Source of the DNA: Macrostomum hystrix
Lineage: Eukaryota; Animalia; Platyhelminthes
Assembly (NCBI GenBank): GCA_950097015.1
Contig: CATNEN010000037.1
Location: 2,790,001-2,854,000, forward strand
Reading direction: 5' to 3'
Length of the DNA stretch: 64,000 bases
A program made the position numbers and the translations under genes. Positions 37,289 to 49,947 of this stretch are shown one piece after another. Below the pieces are notes generated by a model, which was not told where the DNA came from, made no database searches, and was given only the letters and a program-made list of their open reading frames with translations. Position 1 is the first letter of the stretch; the number at the start of each line of letters is the position of its first letter.

Positions 37289-37981
37289 ATTGGGTATCTG
37301 AAATAGCCTCGTGGTCCTTCCCCAGGCGGAAAAATAGCGTGGTCTTCCTACTGTTAAAAAATTAATTTTCATTCAGTTTTGCAACAATGGCGGCAATGAC
37401 TATTCTGAGAAATTTAGTGACGAAATTTGCTCAAGGTACACGAAAGATCTGCATCTTGTCCGTGGCTCACGAGGTGGAAGAGCGACTTGCCTGCACTGCG
37501 ACTGTCTTGCTTGTACAGTGTTTTAGGACAAGCAGCTAGCATGGACGAGATTATGCTGTACAGTGCTCACAGGCTAATGTTTGAGCCATTTAGACACTAG
37601 TTTAGTTAGCAACGCCCACGCACATTTGAGTACACAGAAATCCCATTCATTTCACATACTCGGCTCGCCCTTAGTGCGTCATATTTTTCTATGGGAGCCG
37701 TGTAGAGAGCGAGTACTTTAGCTGCAGGGGCGGTCGAGGGGAATGGAAGTCGACGGCCTAGGCAGGGCTGGTTGCCAAGGGAGACGGAGGTGGGTTGCGC
37801 TTTTTGGCAGCTTTTTGGCTCAGAGAGTACAGTCCAGCCACCCGCAGTCACTCGATCCAGACCTGTTTACCGGGCCAGTCAAGCAGCTGAAAGAACCGGT
37901 TTCATCAGGCTGATTCAGATCTGGGCGTAAGGGCTGGGCGAGTGTATTTTTAGCATTACCCTGGTACCGAGCCTCGGATTC

Positions 37982-38233
37982 CCTTATAGGGTGAAAATGA
38001 GGGCAGGACAACCGACGCGTGGCTTCGGATGAGCCAGCCAGGCGGAGGGCTTGCTGGGGTGGGGCTCAGGCGGGGGCAGAGAGTCGGACGCACGTACAGC
38101 CCCAGCAACGTGCAATCCGCGGACAAGGCGAGGTCGATGACTCAGTTCCATTGCGCCAAGTTCTGTTAAATCTAAATTTAGCAGCAGCCTGTCTTAGTAT
38201 AAGGCCATGGGAGTGCGTCAGAACACGTATAAA
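37982..38233 (+). promoter_or_regulatory. Putative promoter of the IER-like gene: CArG-like CCTTATAGGG (37982), AP-1 TGACTCA (38138), TATAAA (38228)
   Basis: Motif matches upstream of the ATG at 38305; function inferred only. Confidence 0.4.
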
Positions 38234-38304
38234 GGACGCGCCTTAATACAGGGAACTGGCAAAAGCCTTCTAAGCTGTTGCGCTTTTGCGACCGGGTCCA
38301 GCAG

Positions 38305-38763
38305 ATGAGCAAAGCCATGCAGCAGCAGGAACAGGAGCCTGAATTCGCTTATCAGATTCTACAATGGTCCGTAACTAAAATTGGCGAGTCTAGGAAGCGC
38401 AAAGGCGGCATTGACCTGCGCCAGAATCTGCTGCTAGCCAACATGCTTTGCAAGGCGCGTGGCTGCCTACTGGCTGCGCGGGCCAAACAGCAGCAGCAGC
38501 AGAACTCGGAGAAGAAGGAGCTGGAGCAGCAGCAGCAGCAGCGAAGGCACACTCTGAAGCGATCGGCTTCAATCGCAGTGCCAGACGATGAAACTGACAG
38601 CTCGGAAACTGTGACAGCTGTAAAGAGACCTTGCCTGGATGACGCCACAGTTTCTACTTCCGTGCCGCTGGTCGCCGCAGTTCAGGAGACCGAAGCTATG
38701 CAGCGTCAGCAGCAGCAGTACCGTCAGGACCAACTTCAGTGTCAACAGCAGATTCAAAAGCAT

Positions 38764-38840
<77 letters not shown>

Positions 38841-38848
38841 GCGTAAGA

Positions 38849-38879
<31 letters not shown>

Positions 38880-38893
38880 GCAGCAGCAGCAGC

Positions 38894-38943
<50 letters not shown>

Positions 38944-39162
38944 ATCCTTGTAGAGCCCCAGATTATGGGAATCTCCATCATCCCACTGTCACCAGCTGAA
39001 GCTGCTCACCTTGCCAGAAGCCAAACTGTGGTGTCTCTGAGCCTTAGTGTAAATGGTATACAGCATCAGCAGCAGCAGCAGCAGCAGGAGCCTCAGCCCT
39101 TTATCTCGTGGGCGCCGTTAAACGAACCCAGCCTTGGCGCTTGCATGCTTACCTGCGCATGA
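38305..39162 (+). CDS. Intronless IER (immediate early response)-family-like protein with polyQ tract, 285 aa
   Basis: N-terminal AYQILQWSVTKIGESRKRKGGIDLRQNLLLANMLCKAR aligns without gaps to the recalled IER5/IER5L motif [38 protein letters not shown]; KRPCL basic motif; CAG tract. Confidence 0.78.
38767..38943 (+). repeat. CAG trinucleotide tract (59 codons, first 22 pure CAG) encoding polyQ
   Basis: Direct reading. Confidence 0.97.
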
Positions 39163-41040
39163 CAATCATCCGATCGCCCGATCCTATAATGTTCTATTAT
39201 AATGTTCTATCTATTATTATGTTCCCACGGCTGCTCAAACCTTATACAGTGCTATAGTAGCTTTTTCTATCCTAATTTGTAAATAATGTCCCACAACCTA
39301 ACCATACTCTTTGATCTGAAATTCTTACTTAAGTTCACTGTTTCGTTGCAATTGTGTATTATATATCTACCTGATGGCATTCAACCGTTGCTTGATAAAA
39401 TAATATATCCAAACGATAGTGGATTACATGCACTATTTTATTGGCTAGTCCCAAGATAAGCTATTTTCTGCATGTTCATTAACTCTCGCTTGTACACGTC
39501 GAGTCGAGCGATGAATAAAAAGAAGCTAGCAACAATTTATGATATGAAAGCATTCCGGAAAAAATATACTGATGCAAGTCAATTAGCATTCGTATGCTAC
39601 TTCTAAAAGCCTGTGATACTTTCAAATCATTCCATCGAATTTTGTCTTACTTTTTTTGTTTTGCTGACATCATGTACGTGAATATATTGTCTCGTAGTAC
39701 ACCTGAAATTTCATATTAATCTGTATGAACCCACTAACAGTGATAAGATTCCAATATCAGACGTTGATAGAATCATACGAATGTAGAATACCTTCTACGA
39801 AAGTAAATACCTTCTTCGGCTATATCGGCTACTATAGTAGCTCAGTATTCGTAAACACAGAAAGAACCCGGAAAACAAACGCACAGAAATACGAGAAAGT
39901 GTAGGGAATTCAATTGCTAAAGTTGATTCATACCGGAAAGAACTCTTAATTCGATCGAATAAATTAAAAAAATTGTGGCGCATCTCTGCACCCCATATTT
40001 GGATAAAACTAAATGAAATATGATCCAATATAGTCCAATTGAACTTTAGAACTAATGTCTGTAGCATAATTGGAGTGATTCTATAGAACGAGTACACAAA
40101 GTCACGCGGTTCCAGACAGCAAGTGTGTTTCACAATTTACGCTACCCCCAACCAATTTTAGCCGTCCTTACTATCCATGTTCGGGCCGCAAACAAACCTA
40201 TTGAGGAATTGTATTAGATCTAGTGAAAGTTCACACAAGCTGGGTCAGGGGTGACTAGGGACGGTTATAAATGCAAATTTCGCATAGAATCTAGTGCAAA
40301 CGCACTACGAGCGTATTCTAAGCCAGCCAGTAGTTCTATAGACTTTCATCAACAAAAATACATGTGAACTGATGGATCACGAAATTGTATGGATATTTGC
40401 AAAATGGAAGGTGATAAAAATAAGGGAGAGACATATACGAGTATTACAAATGCGAATTTCAAAATAATTCACTTAAATACGACTCGTTACATTTTGATCA
40501 CGTTAACTATTTTTATACCACTTTAACTTATATTACAAGTATGTTTCAGAAAAGATTAATTAATGCAGAAGTTGCGTGAATTTCGGCAACATTTTTAATT
40601 TCATCAAAATTTCGTGAAAAAAAGAAGCGTTTTTCCGGACTCTACTTACAGTACAGCAATATGTTGAGCCACGCGGAAAAGGATATTTCACAAGAATGAT
40701 TAGCCATGCAGATAACGCACATTACTAATATTGGTGAAACGTGAGTCACTCATTACTAATAGGCTCGTGGATATCAATGTGTCGAGCAATGATTAGACGT
40801 GTTCAATTTAAGTTTCTTATCTTTAAAAAAGAAAATATAATGCGATCACATATTGTACTTCTGTGACTTCCAAAAAAAAGAAATGGAAGGAGAATTGACA
40901 AGGGAGAAGTGACATGTAAAATAATTGCCTACAAATGAAATATCCCTGATTCATTTCTCTCAAAGTAAAAGTTGAAATAGCACTTATCGGATTGTTCTAA
41001 TATTATAATCAAACCATAATTATTTTTAAGGATTATCCGT

Positions 41041-41272
41041 CTGCCTTTCGCGCCAAGGTACCTAAGCTTAGAAAGCTAAGTAAAATGTAGTGCAATTTAC
41101 ACCATTGAAGGCCAATCTCCAAGGCGCAGTGAGAGTGAGCAGTGAGACTGCCTGACGATGAGAAAGTCTGCCTGTGCGCGTGTGAGCCCAGGAGTCAGCG
41201 GAATGGGCAGAATTGCCTCCTCGCTGGCTGTGGAGTCTAGTGTCACAAAATGATTTGCCATTGTTATTATGA
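41041..41272 (+). mobile_element. SINE family A, degenerate internally deleted copy
   Basis: GTGCAATTTACACC..GGCCAATCTCCAAGG..GGGCAGAATTGCCTCCTCGCTGGCTG matches the other copies. Confidence 0.75.
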
Positions 41273-42053
41273 TTTGAGTGGGGAGAAAAAGGATCAAACA
41301 ATGCCTCTGACACCTTTGGTATCTCCTTGATATTCCATGCCATCCTTAATATATAATGCTATGCCCCTTAAAAATCGTGCTATTCTCTTGATAGCAAAAT
41401 ACCTTAGATAAATAAAGCTTTTCGCGAGGGGTTGAATATTTGTTAGCTTGGTAAAACTAAAACTAAAAAACTTTTTCGTTAGAGTACACCAAGGACGGTT
41501 TTAAGTAACATATCATACTTAACTATGTACTTAAGTAGTATATGGTGAATAGACATACTAGTAATAAGAGCACATGTCATATCATACAAACGAACAAAGA
41601 TGAAGCTTTTCAAAAGCTAGACACCTCTACGAGCGTGTAACAAATAAAAAGAATATGGGGGGACGTGATCCATCTAAAAAATGGCGGAATCTTATGTCGA
41701 GTAAATCTAATTCAAAAAAACACAACTGGTTCATTTATAAAACATGTAAAGAAGTGCTGCCCTGTAGTTGCTTGGTGCACCAACTGTTTCATAGAAGGTT
41801 TCAGGCTTAAAGGTGTGCTTTTGTTTAATATATAAATTACAGATTACGTCATGCAGGTTTGGTGCAGGATAAAAAATATAACTGATGCCTTACTGAGGAA
41901 AACTTATACGAACTTTAATCGCAGCTTGACCCCTGACCCAGAAACAAAACTCAATCCAATAATTCAATAAGCAAAATCAATAAAATGCGTCAAAGTTTTC
42001 ATAAAATCCCTTCCGTTTTCAAAAAGCAATCGCATTGCAAGTCAGTTGGCTGG

Positions 42054-43535
42054 TCAGACAGTTTCATTTCGCTGCACAGGGGCATCTTTGGAGTTCAGAA
42101 CAGAGGCGGTTTCATCGGTGGCTCCGTTGGCCGCCTGGCGCCGACTCCGATGGCGCCTACGCCGACGCAACGACAGGCAGATAAAGAGTGTGAGCAGGCC
42201 TGCAAGGACTAGGACCAGCAGTGCAATCAACGCAATGGGTCCCGCGATGCGACCGAAGCCGCTGCCGAAGCTGGCCATTGGCACAAAGTCCGGCTCGTCA
42301 CACACGTCCCCAGTCCAACCTGTTGGACACTGGCAGAACACTCGCTCAGGCGGGATTACCTGCGGAGTCGGGCAGCTCTTGCAGAAACAGGGATGTTCTT
42401 CAGTTCACCTCTACTATCACAGTACTGGCTCTTCAGTTCACCTCTACTATCATAGTACTGGCTCTTCAGTTCACCTCTACTATCATAGTACTGGCTCTTC
42501 AGTTCACCTCTACTATCATAGTACTGGCTCTTCAGTTCACCTCTACTATCATAGTACTGGCTCTTCAGTTCACCTCTACTACCATAGTACTGGCTCTTCA
42601 GTTCACCTCTACTATCATAGTACTGGCTCTTTAGTTCACCTCTACTATCATAGTACTGGCTCTTCAGTTCACCTCTACTACCATAGTACTGGCTCTTCAG
42701 TTCACCTCTACTATCATAGTACTGGCTCTTCAGTTCACCTCTACTATCATAGTACTGGCTCTTCAGTGCTTCACTATACTCTCGTGTTGGTTCTTCAGTG
42801 CTTCACTCTACTCTCGTGTTGGTTCTTTAATGCTTCACTCTACTCTCGTGTTGGTTCTTCAGTGCTTCACTCTACTCTCGTGTTTGTTCTTTAATGCTTC
42901 ACTCTACTCTCGTGTTGGTTCTTCAGTGCTTCACTCTACTCTCGTGTTGGTTCTTCAGTGCTTCACTCTACTCTCGTGTTTGTTCTTTAATGCTTCACTC
43001 TACTCTCGTGTTGGTTCTTCAGTGCTTCACTCTACTCTCGTGTTGGTTCTTTAGTGCTTCACTATACTCTCGTGTTGGTTCTTCAGTGCTTCACTCTACT
43101 CTCGTGTTGGTTCTTTAGTGCTTCACTATACTCTCGTGTTGGTTCTTCAGTGCTTCACTCTACTCTCGTGTTGGTTCTTTAGTGCTTCACTATACTCTCG
43201 TGTTGGTTCTTCAGTGCTTCACTCTACTCTCGTGTTGGTTCTTCAGTGCTTCACTCTACTCTCGTGTTGGTTCTTCAGTGCTTCACTATACTCTCGTGTT
43301 GGTTCTTCAGTGCTTCACTATACTCTCGTGTTGGTTCTTCTGTTCTTTAACGTATCAAAGCAAATCCAATGAAAGTTTTTCGTTAGAATCACCTTGCATA
43401 GTCCGCCTTCCAAGCAGAAGCTGCCATGTAGCTCCTTGAGTATGAGCAGTTGTCTGTCTGTACAGTTAAACAGCGGGGGTGGAGTCATCTTTGAAGCCAG
43501 GACTTGCGGACTTGTGTTAATCCGAGTATTAGTTT
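42054..43535 (-). CDS. EGF-like domain + TM protein, paralog B (EGFR-ligand-like; 5' exon not identified)
   Basis: Exons 43535-43393 (..MTPPPLFNCTDRQLLILKELHGSFCLEGGLCK|) and 42359-42054 (VIPPERVFCQCPTGWTGDVCDEPDF..TM..RRRRR..stop) join in phase 0 to give a 6-Cys EGF motif. Confidence 0.8.
42396..42767. repeat. 33-bp minisatellite (TCTTCAGTTCACCTCTACTATCATAGTACTGGC) in EGF-B intron
   Basis: Direct repetition. Confidence 0.95.
42760..43338. repeat. 32-bp minisatellite (TTCTTCAGTGCTTCACTCTACTCTCGTGTTGG) in EGF-B intron
   Basis: Direct repetition. Confidence 0.95.
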
Positions 43536-44360
43536 CTGCTTGATAAGAGGTGTATAATTGTTTTTTAATTTACCTAAACTAAAACAAGCATGTTAACCAG
43601 CAGTGCAAGTGAAGCGGCATGTGAATGAGACGATAATAGCAGACAGACACTGGCAGGAGCAACTGCGGTTTAATCAAGCGGGTAGCCAGCAGCAGCAGCA
43701 GTTCTGCAATTGTCGCATTGACAGGTGCACTGCTTTTATGTGTACAGTGCGGGGGTGGTTGAACAACACCTGGGGTAAGAGGGTAAGAGACGAGGAGCCA
43801 TTTGCAGAATATTAGAAGATACAAGTGCCTGTTCTTGTATGCAAACACTGTCGCCCATTCAAGTAGTTGAGTATAAACAGTATAATAGCTGCTCCTGTTT
43901 AGATTGGCGACACTGAGAGTGCTTTAGTAAAATGTACAGTTTTCTTAAAAAATGAAACTACAACTAAGGATCATATACAATTGGCTCCTTTGGCTACTGC
44001 ATTAGGCTCATTCACACACGTACAAGAGTACAGTTGAGCACAATCAATAAAGTTGCATGCTTGTCGCCTGCTTCATCAGTGTGCGTTGGCTGCCATCAAT
44101 TGGGGAAACAATGAACTTTTGGCAAGCCGCCAAGCAAGAGCGACGGACCGCCGCTGAATAATCAAATACTTGTGTCCCCAACATGCTCTCTATGGGCATT
44201 GCGCGGATGTTATACCGGTGTCAGCTCATGCCATTGTTTCCCTAGCTTGCATTGGGTGACTCCATTCGGGAGCTGCAGGCCACGGGTTACTGAATTACTC
44301 ATTAGTTTATAAAAAAGTTACTGAACATTTCGTGCACAGTTTTACACATGAACTCTGTGT

Positions 44361-44640
44361 TGTAGCCTAGTGGTTAGAGCCTCTGACTCGCGACTTAGAG
44401 TTCGTGGGTTCGATTCCCGACTCCACCGGAGCAAGTTTAGCAAGACACTAAACTCTGCATTGCTTCAGTTCACCCAGCTGGTAAATGGGTACTAGAATTA
44501 GCTGAAGTAATTGAGGGTGGGTGTGGCGTCCCCCCAGTCCATGGACTGAACAGTCGTACGCAGCCTTCAGATGCGCCGCGTAATAGCTGCGGCTGTGCTG
44601 TCGGCTGCACATTGTTATACGAATTGGGGCAGGTGTAATC
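44361..44640 (+). mobile_element. SINE family B, near-complete copy
   Basis: A-box TAGCCTAGTGGTTAG, B-box GGTTCGATTCC, CORE-like domain, GC-rich 3' tail ending GGGGCAGGTGTAA. Confidence 0.88.
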
Positions 44641-45094
44641 TGTTTTTACTTTCATTTATGCAAGTGAAACAAGAGTTGCGACTTAAAAAAGATTTTTTTT
44701 CTTTAGACAGTTTTCTGACTCACTTCAACATTGTTTAGTTTCTCTTTAATTTAAATTGTAGCTTGTTTTCCATTTATGGCTTAAGCAGAAGATTGTCAAA
44801 TTTATTCCAAATTTAGTAGTATATACTTTTACCACTATAAAAATAGACCCACTATTATTTTTAACTACATGGCTTATAATGAAACTCCATATATTCTATT
44901 TCTAGATAGGGGCACACATACGCACTACCCTAAACGCCTAGAAATTCTTACAGTACGAAATTTCATTTCATTTCAACAGTTTTAATTTGCAAGCCGTTTT
45001 TTGTCAACACGAAAACTAGCTGAATGAGCGGACACCTGAAGTGTGGACAGAATTGTTTTGCTAGTAAGAAGCGGAGACGAGTGAAAAAGAATAG

Positions 45095-45481
<387 letters not shown>

Positions 45482-45999
45482 CAAATTTAGGTGGGTGTGG
45501 CGGCCCCATCTGTACGACTGTACCATTAGCTGTATATCATAGCTGTCATCTCCATCTAGTAGTGGCACGAATATTATTTTAATTTAGTACTGATTTATTG
45601 AAGCAGTTGCAAGCGTAACAATTGTTACAGTAGGTAGTGACAGTGACGGGCAGTTTATTTTTTCACCGGTCGCTTGTGCAACATCCTCGTCACGTCGCTA
45701 ATGTGTTGCTTGCCTGAACACAACTTTCTACGTGCCCGGCCAAAGCAATTGCACTAATAAGCTATACGAGCGCAGCATAGACACGCCCGCAATGGTTGTG
45801 CAATTTTGCCAAAAATATGTTTTCAATTTCTAAATACAATTTTCGTCCCGTTTTTATTTAATTAACTTCATTCCTTAAATTATTTCTAAAGCCCAAGTGA
45901 AGTTATGCTTCCATTAAGCTACTATTAGGTCCGCAATAATGGCAGAAAAATGTCTAGCTCCAAGCAGAGCGAATGTGTTTTTTCACAGTAGAGCCAAAA

Positions 46000-46770
46000 T
46001 CACGCAGCCGCAGTCTGCGGTGCATTGTTATTATGCAACTCGTCACCTGCAGGTGTTTGGCTGATCGGATTTAACAAGCTGGCACTTTGACCAGACTCCA
46101 GTGAATTGATAATTAGCGATATGCGCCGCTGGCGCAGCCTGGTTGCTATGGAAACCAACGCTGCTGACATCAGGGTTAGCAGGAGCAGCAGCACAATGGC
46201 AGTGGCAAAGGCGAACCAAACCTGCCAGCTGTACCGACTCGCAGCTTCGGTGCTGGCGGCCATCACGACAAAGTCTGGCTCGTCGCAGACATCACCAGTC
46301 CAACCCATTGGGCACTGGCAGAACACTCGACCGGCAGGGGGCAGAACCTGCAGCGCAAAAAAAAAAAAATTAATTACACCTGCCTAATTTTGTATAATAA
46401 TGTGCAGCCGACAGCACAGCCGCATCAATTACGCGGCGCATCTGAAGGCTGCGCACAGCTTTTCAGTCCATGGACTGAGGGGACGCCACACCCACCTTCA
46501 ATTATCCCAGCTAATTCTGGTACCCATTTAACAGCTGGGTGAACTGAAGCAATGCCGACCTTCAAGTCGTGAGTCCGACGCCCTAACCACTAGGCTACAA
46601 GCTCTAGGCAAATTCGAAGATCTTTGCTATTATCGGTCACTAGATCGCTTTATATACCTGACAATAGCCGCCTTCAAGGCAAGCGCTGCCGTACATGTCC
46701 TTCAGGATCTTCAGCTGGCTGTCCGTACAGTTGCTCAGTGGCGGCGGTGTCATGTCTTTGCTTGATTTAA
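46000..46770 (-). CDS. EGF-like domain + TM protein, paralog A (EGFR-ligand-like; 5' exon not identified)
   Basis: Exons 46770-46658 (..MTPPPLSNCTDSQLKILKDMYGSACLEGGYCQ|) and 46347-46000 (VLPPAGRVFCQCPMGWTGDVCDEPDF..TM..stop) join in phase 0. Confidence 0.8.
46372..46599 (-). mobile_element. SINE family B copy in EGF-A intron
   Basis: Reverse complement of the 44361 copy with a deletion around the B box. Confidence 0.85.
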
Positions 46771-49700
46771 CTGCGAAATTTATTACACCTTACAATAATA
46801 TGGCTTAATTGATAGAGACAGCTGAAAGGTAATTAAAAACTGCTAAGCAAAGGATATGGGTGCGTGTGTTACCCAACACGGCCGTATTTATAGACTAAAG
46901 GGCAACGCGTTACGCAAAACTTACGAGTAAACTACCTGCATGGCCCCCATCCGTACTGACAGTTTTGACGACTGTGAAGTGTTTGGCACACTGCCGCCCC
47001 ATGTTATGAGGTGCGAGTGTTGCGCACTGTCGCCCTAATACACATAATGTCAACGCCTACGTGTGTGACAGGAGAAATCCGGGCGTTATATCTGTGTCTC
47101 AACTGAGAGATGCAATCAGCAAATTTATATCAAACCTGTCAAAAAATGTTTGCGCTTTATCATCTTATCTTTCTACTATGACCAGTTTTTCTATAAAGGG
47201 TATTGTGAATTAATGCCTCTTCAAAAATAGAAATGCCGTGAATTGGGTGCATCGCAACTGGCGATCCGAATCCGAGTGTGATATGCTGCATCTTTGTGCA
47301 ATTGATTTGCGGATTTGATTGACTAATTATTAGTTCATTGATTGATTTAATTAAGCTTAGATACCCGGGTCAAGCGTAATATATTGTAGCAAACCCACCA
47401 AAAATCGGTTTAACCACTGGCCATGCATGGCTTCATGGCTTCACAATTCCCGCCGATTGCGAATCATGGCTAAAATGCAGGCCTTATATGTACGCTCGTA
47501 TAATCAAAACTTTCAATACTTTTATTGTTGTTGTTGTTAAACGGCATTGTCCAATCTGGACTGCAGGTCAGCCCTTGTGGGGGCTCTACTGCTGTATATA
47601 TTTTCTTGTATTAAAACATTTTTATTAAAATATAAATATAAAAGTAAAAAATAGAAATTTAGAATTTTAAAATTTTTAGAAGGTCCGAAGTTTTGGTTCA
47701 ATAAAAATAAAAGAAATAGATCGAGTGAAATTTTGCGATAGGTAAATCAGGTAACTAGGCAATGAATATTTGGGCACTGAGCCATGGTGTTAAAAATGGT
47801 CAGAACATTGGCATTTTGAATTTAGCATTCAGTATTTTGGTAAATGCATAGTGGGGTTAAAAGAGAAATATATATTTTTTACAGTGTGTGTAATAACTGC
47901 GCTTGACAATATTTTATATGACAATAGCTGGGGTATAGTTTCAAAGGGGGGCATAAGAGATGCAAGACAGCAAGACGCAAATACTCGTATTGCCAGGAAA
48001 TCTAGAACTGATTCTTTTGTAATAGTATTTTAGTAATAGTACGAGTATATACTAAAATATAGGATAGAATAGAATAGAATGGAATAATAGTATTCTAGAT
48101 GTCATTGATATATTGATTTATTAATTTAAAGATCAGAAGACGAGAAAAAACATTTTACAATCTATGCAGACGCGTGGGTTAAATCTCGGTAGAAAACAAT
48201 TATTATGAAGTTCTGAAATTCGTGAAATATGGACTGGCACATTTTCAATAATTGAATGGGTTGACTTTCGACAATAGCATATTCGTCAGATAACTTTATT
48301 TACCATCCTCAGTTAGTTACGGATCACTTTTCGTATTCAGTTATTTTTATTATTGTATTTCAAAATTAAGTCACGACTTATGGCTAGCATCTTAGCTAAT
48401 TTGTAATGATCTATGAAGTTATTGAAAGAAACTACCGGAGATTTTTAACGATGCATGAGCAGGTAAGACAAAGTAAAATTAATTTTGTAGACTCTAAAAT
48501 AAAAGAAAGACAATTTATTGGTGTAAAAATAATCAGAGCAGCATTTCTTTCCGAATTTTTTGTAGTGTGCTCTGCTCTACATATGCGTTTAACATAGAAC
48601 TTTCTAGAATACAGCCACCATAGTAGAAAAAAATAAATATGTATTAAGCCCAGCTTGCTATGAACCAGAAAGTAAGTACATTTCGTGCATCATTAAGGCG
48701 CATTCTATTTAAAAAACATCTAACTAATAATACTAGACCACTTGTACTACTGATGTCTGATCGTGCTAATCTTGCATGTGTAATCTGTCGACTATTTTCG
48801 GCGTTAAGCAGTTTTAATTATCGTTGTTTTAGCACTTGTTTTGTTTTAACCATTTTAGCACTTAAAAATTGAAAAAAACTGAACCTTGACGTAGATAGTG
48901 TTAGCATAAGGCACAGTAATATTGTCAATATTAGCATAATGATAGCCCAAATGGTAATAATATAAAGCCTATCACTAGGGTGGCCACTGACCAGGGACTA
49001 CTTAATAGCTTATAAGGCCTAGCTAGTCCCTGACATGTCAAGCAGGTAGCCAATTTGTTCACTTGGTTTTTAGATGCTTCTAACATTAAGAAATAAAAAA
49101 TTATTTAATAGACATGAAAATAAATGAACTATTAAACATATATTGTTTGTTTCGCTAATAGTAAATTCCAATGTGTTTCAGTCTGTCATGGGCTATCATC
49201 AGGGTCTATCAAATATATTCTTGCATACAAAAAATTTTAAAGAAAAAAACTACTTTAACTGTATAGTGCACAGGGTAGATCAGTGGATAATGTTAGGATA
49301 GGCATGCAAGTACACTAAAGTAGGTCTATATATAGGCCTACACCGAAATGGACTGCAATGAACTATAGTAGTGCCAAAGCAATAGTTTTTTAATATATTC
49401 GATATTAATATAGCATTAAGAGCTGCCAAAGTCTAGTTGATAATTCATTAAAATTTACGCAATTGAATATTTTAAAAGTTTTTAACAAATTCTACACTTT
49501 TGAAAGAATGAAATAAATTGCTAACAAATAGCAACAAGCTGTAGTTTTATTGTAATCCATTTTTTTTCATTTTCTAAGCATATTTTAATTTAGTTTACTT
49601 TTTGCTGACATTAAATTCTATGGTGGTTATTAGACACCAGTAATTTGATCATCTCAGTATAAAATATTTTTTTCCTAATGTTTTTTACTAGTTTTGTTTT

Positions 49701-49947
49701 TAAAAAAGAAAAAATAAAACCTAAACTTGCACATATTTCACCAATTAAATTGTAATGCAACACATAGTTTGCAATTTTTTCACCCCCAAGATTACATAAG
49801 ATCACCTTGACATCTTGAATAGCTCTTAAAGCCATATCAACATGTCAGATGCTGTTCATTTCAGTGCTACTTATTTGAATAGGAAATGATTTGTGTCAGA
49901 TTTTTCAGTAACTTTTAGAAGCACAAAAACCTTTGCAGCCCACTGAA

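Noticed and set aside
39860-40030. LINE ORF2 3' remnant (RISAPHIWIKL)
   Set aside because: A single weak motif with no reverse transcriptase sequence nearby.
48939-49204. Short inverted repeats (ATGATAGCCCA/TGGGCTATCAT; CAGGGACTA/TAGTCCCTG) as a MITE
   Set aside because: Only 9-11 bp with no clear target-site duplication; compatible with chance in AT-rich DNA.
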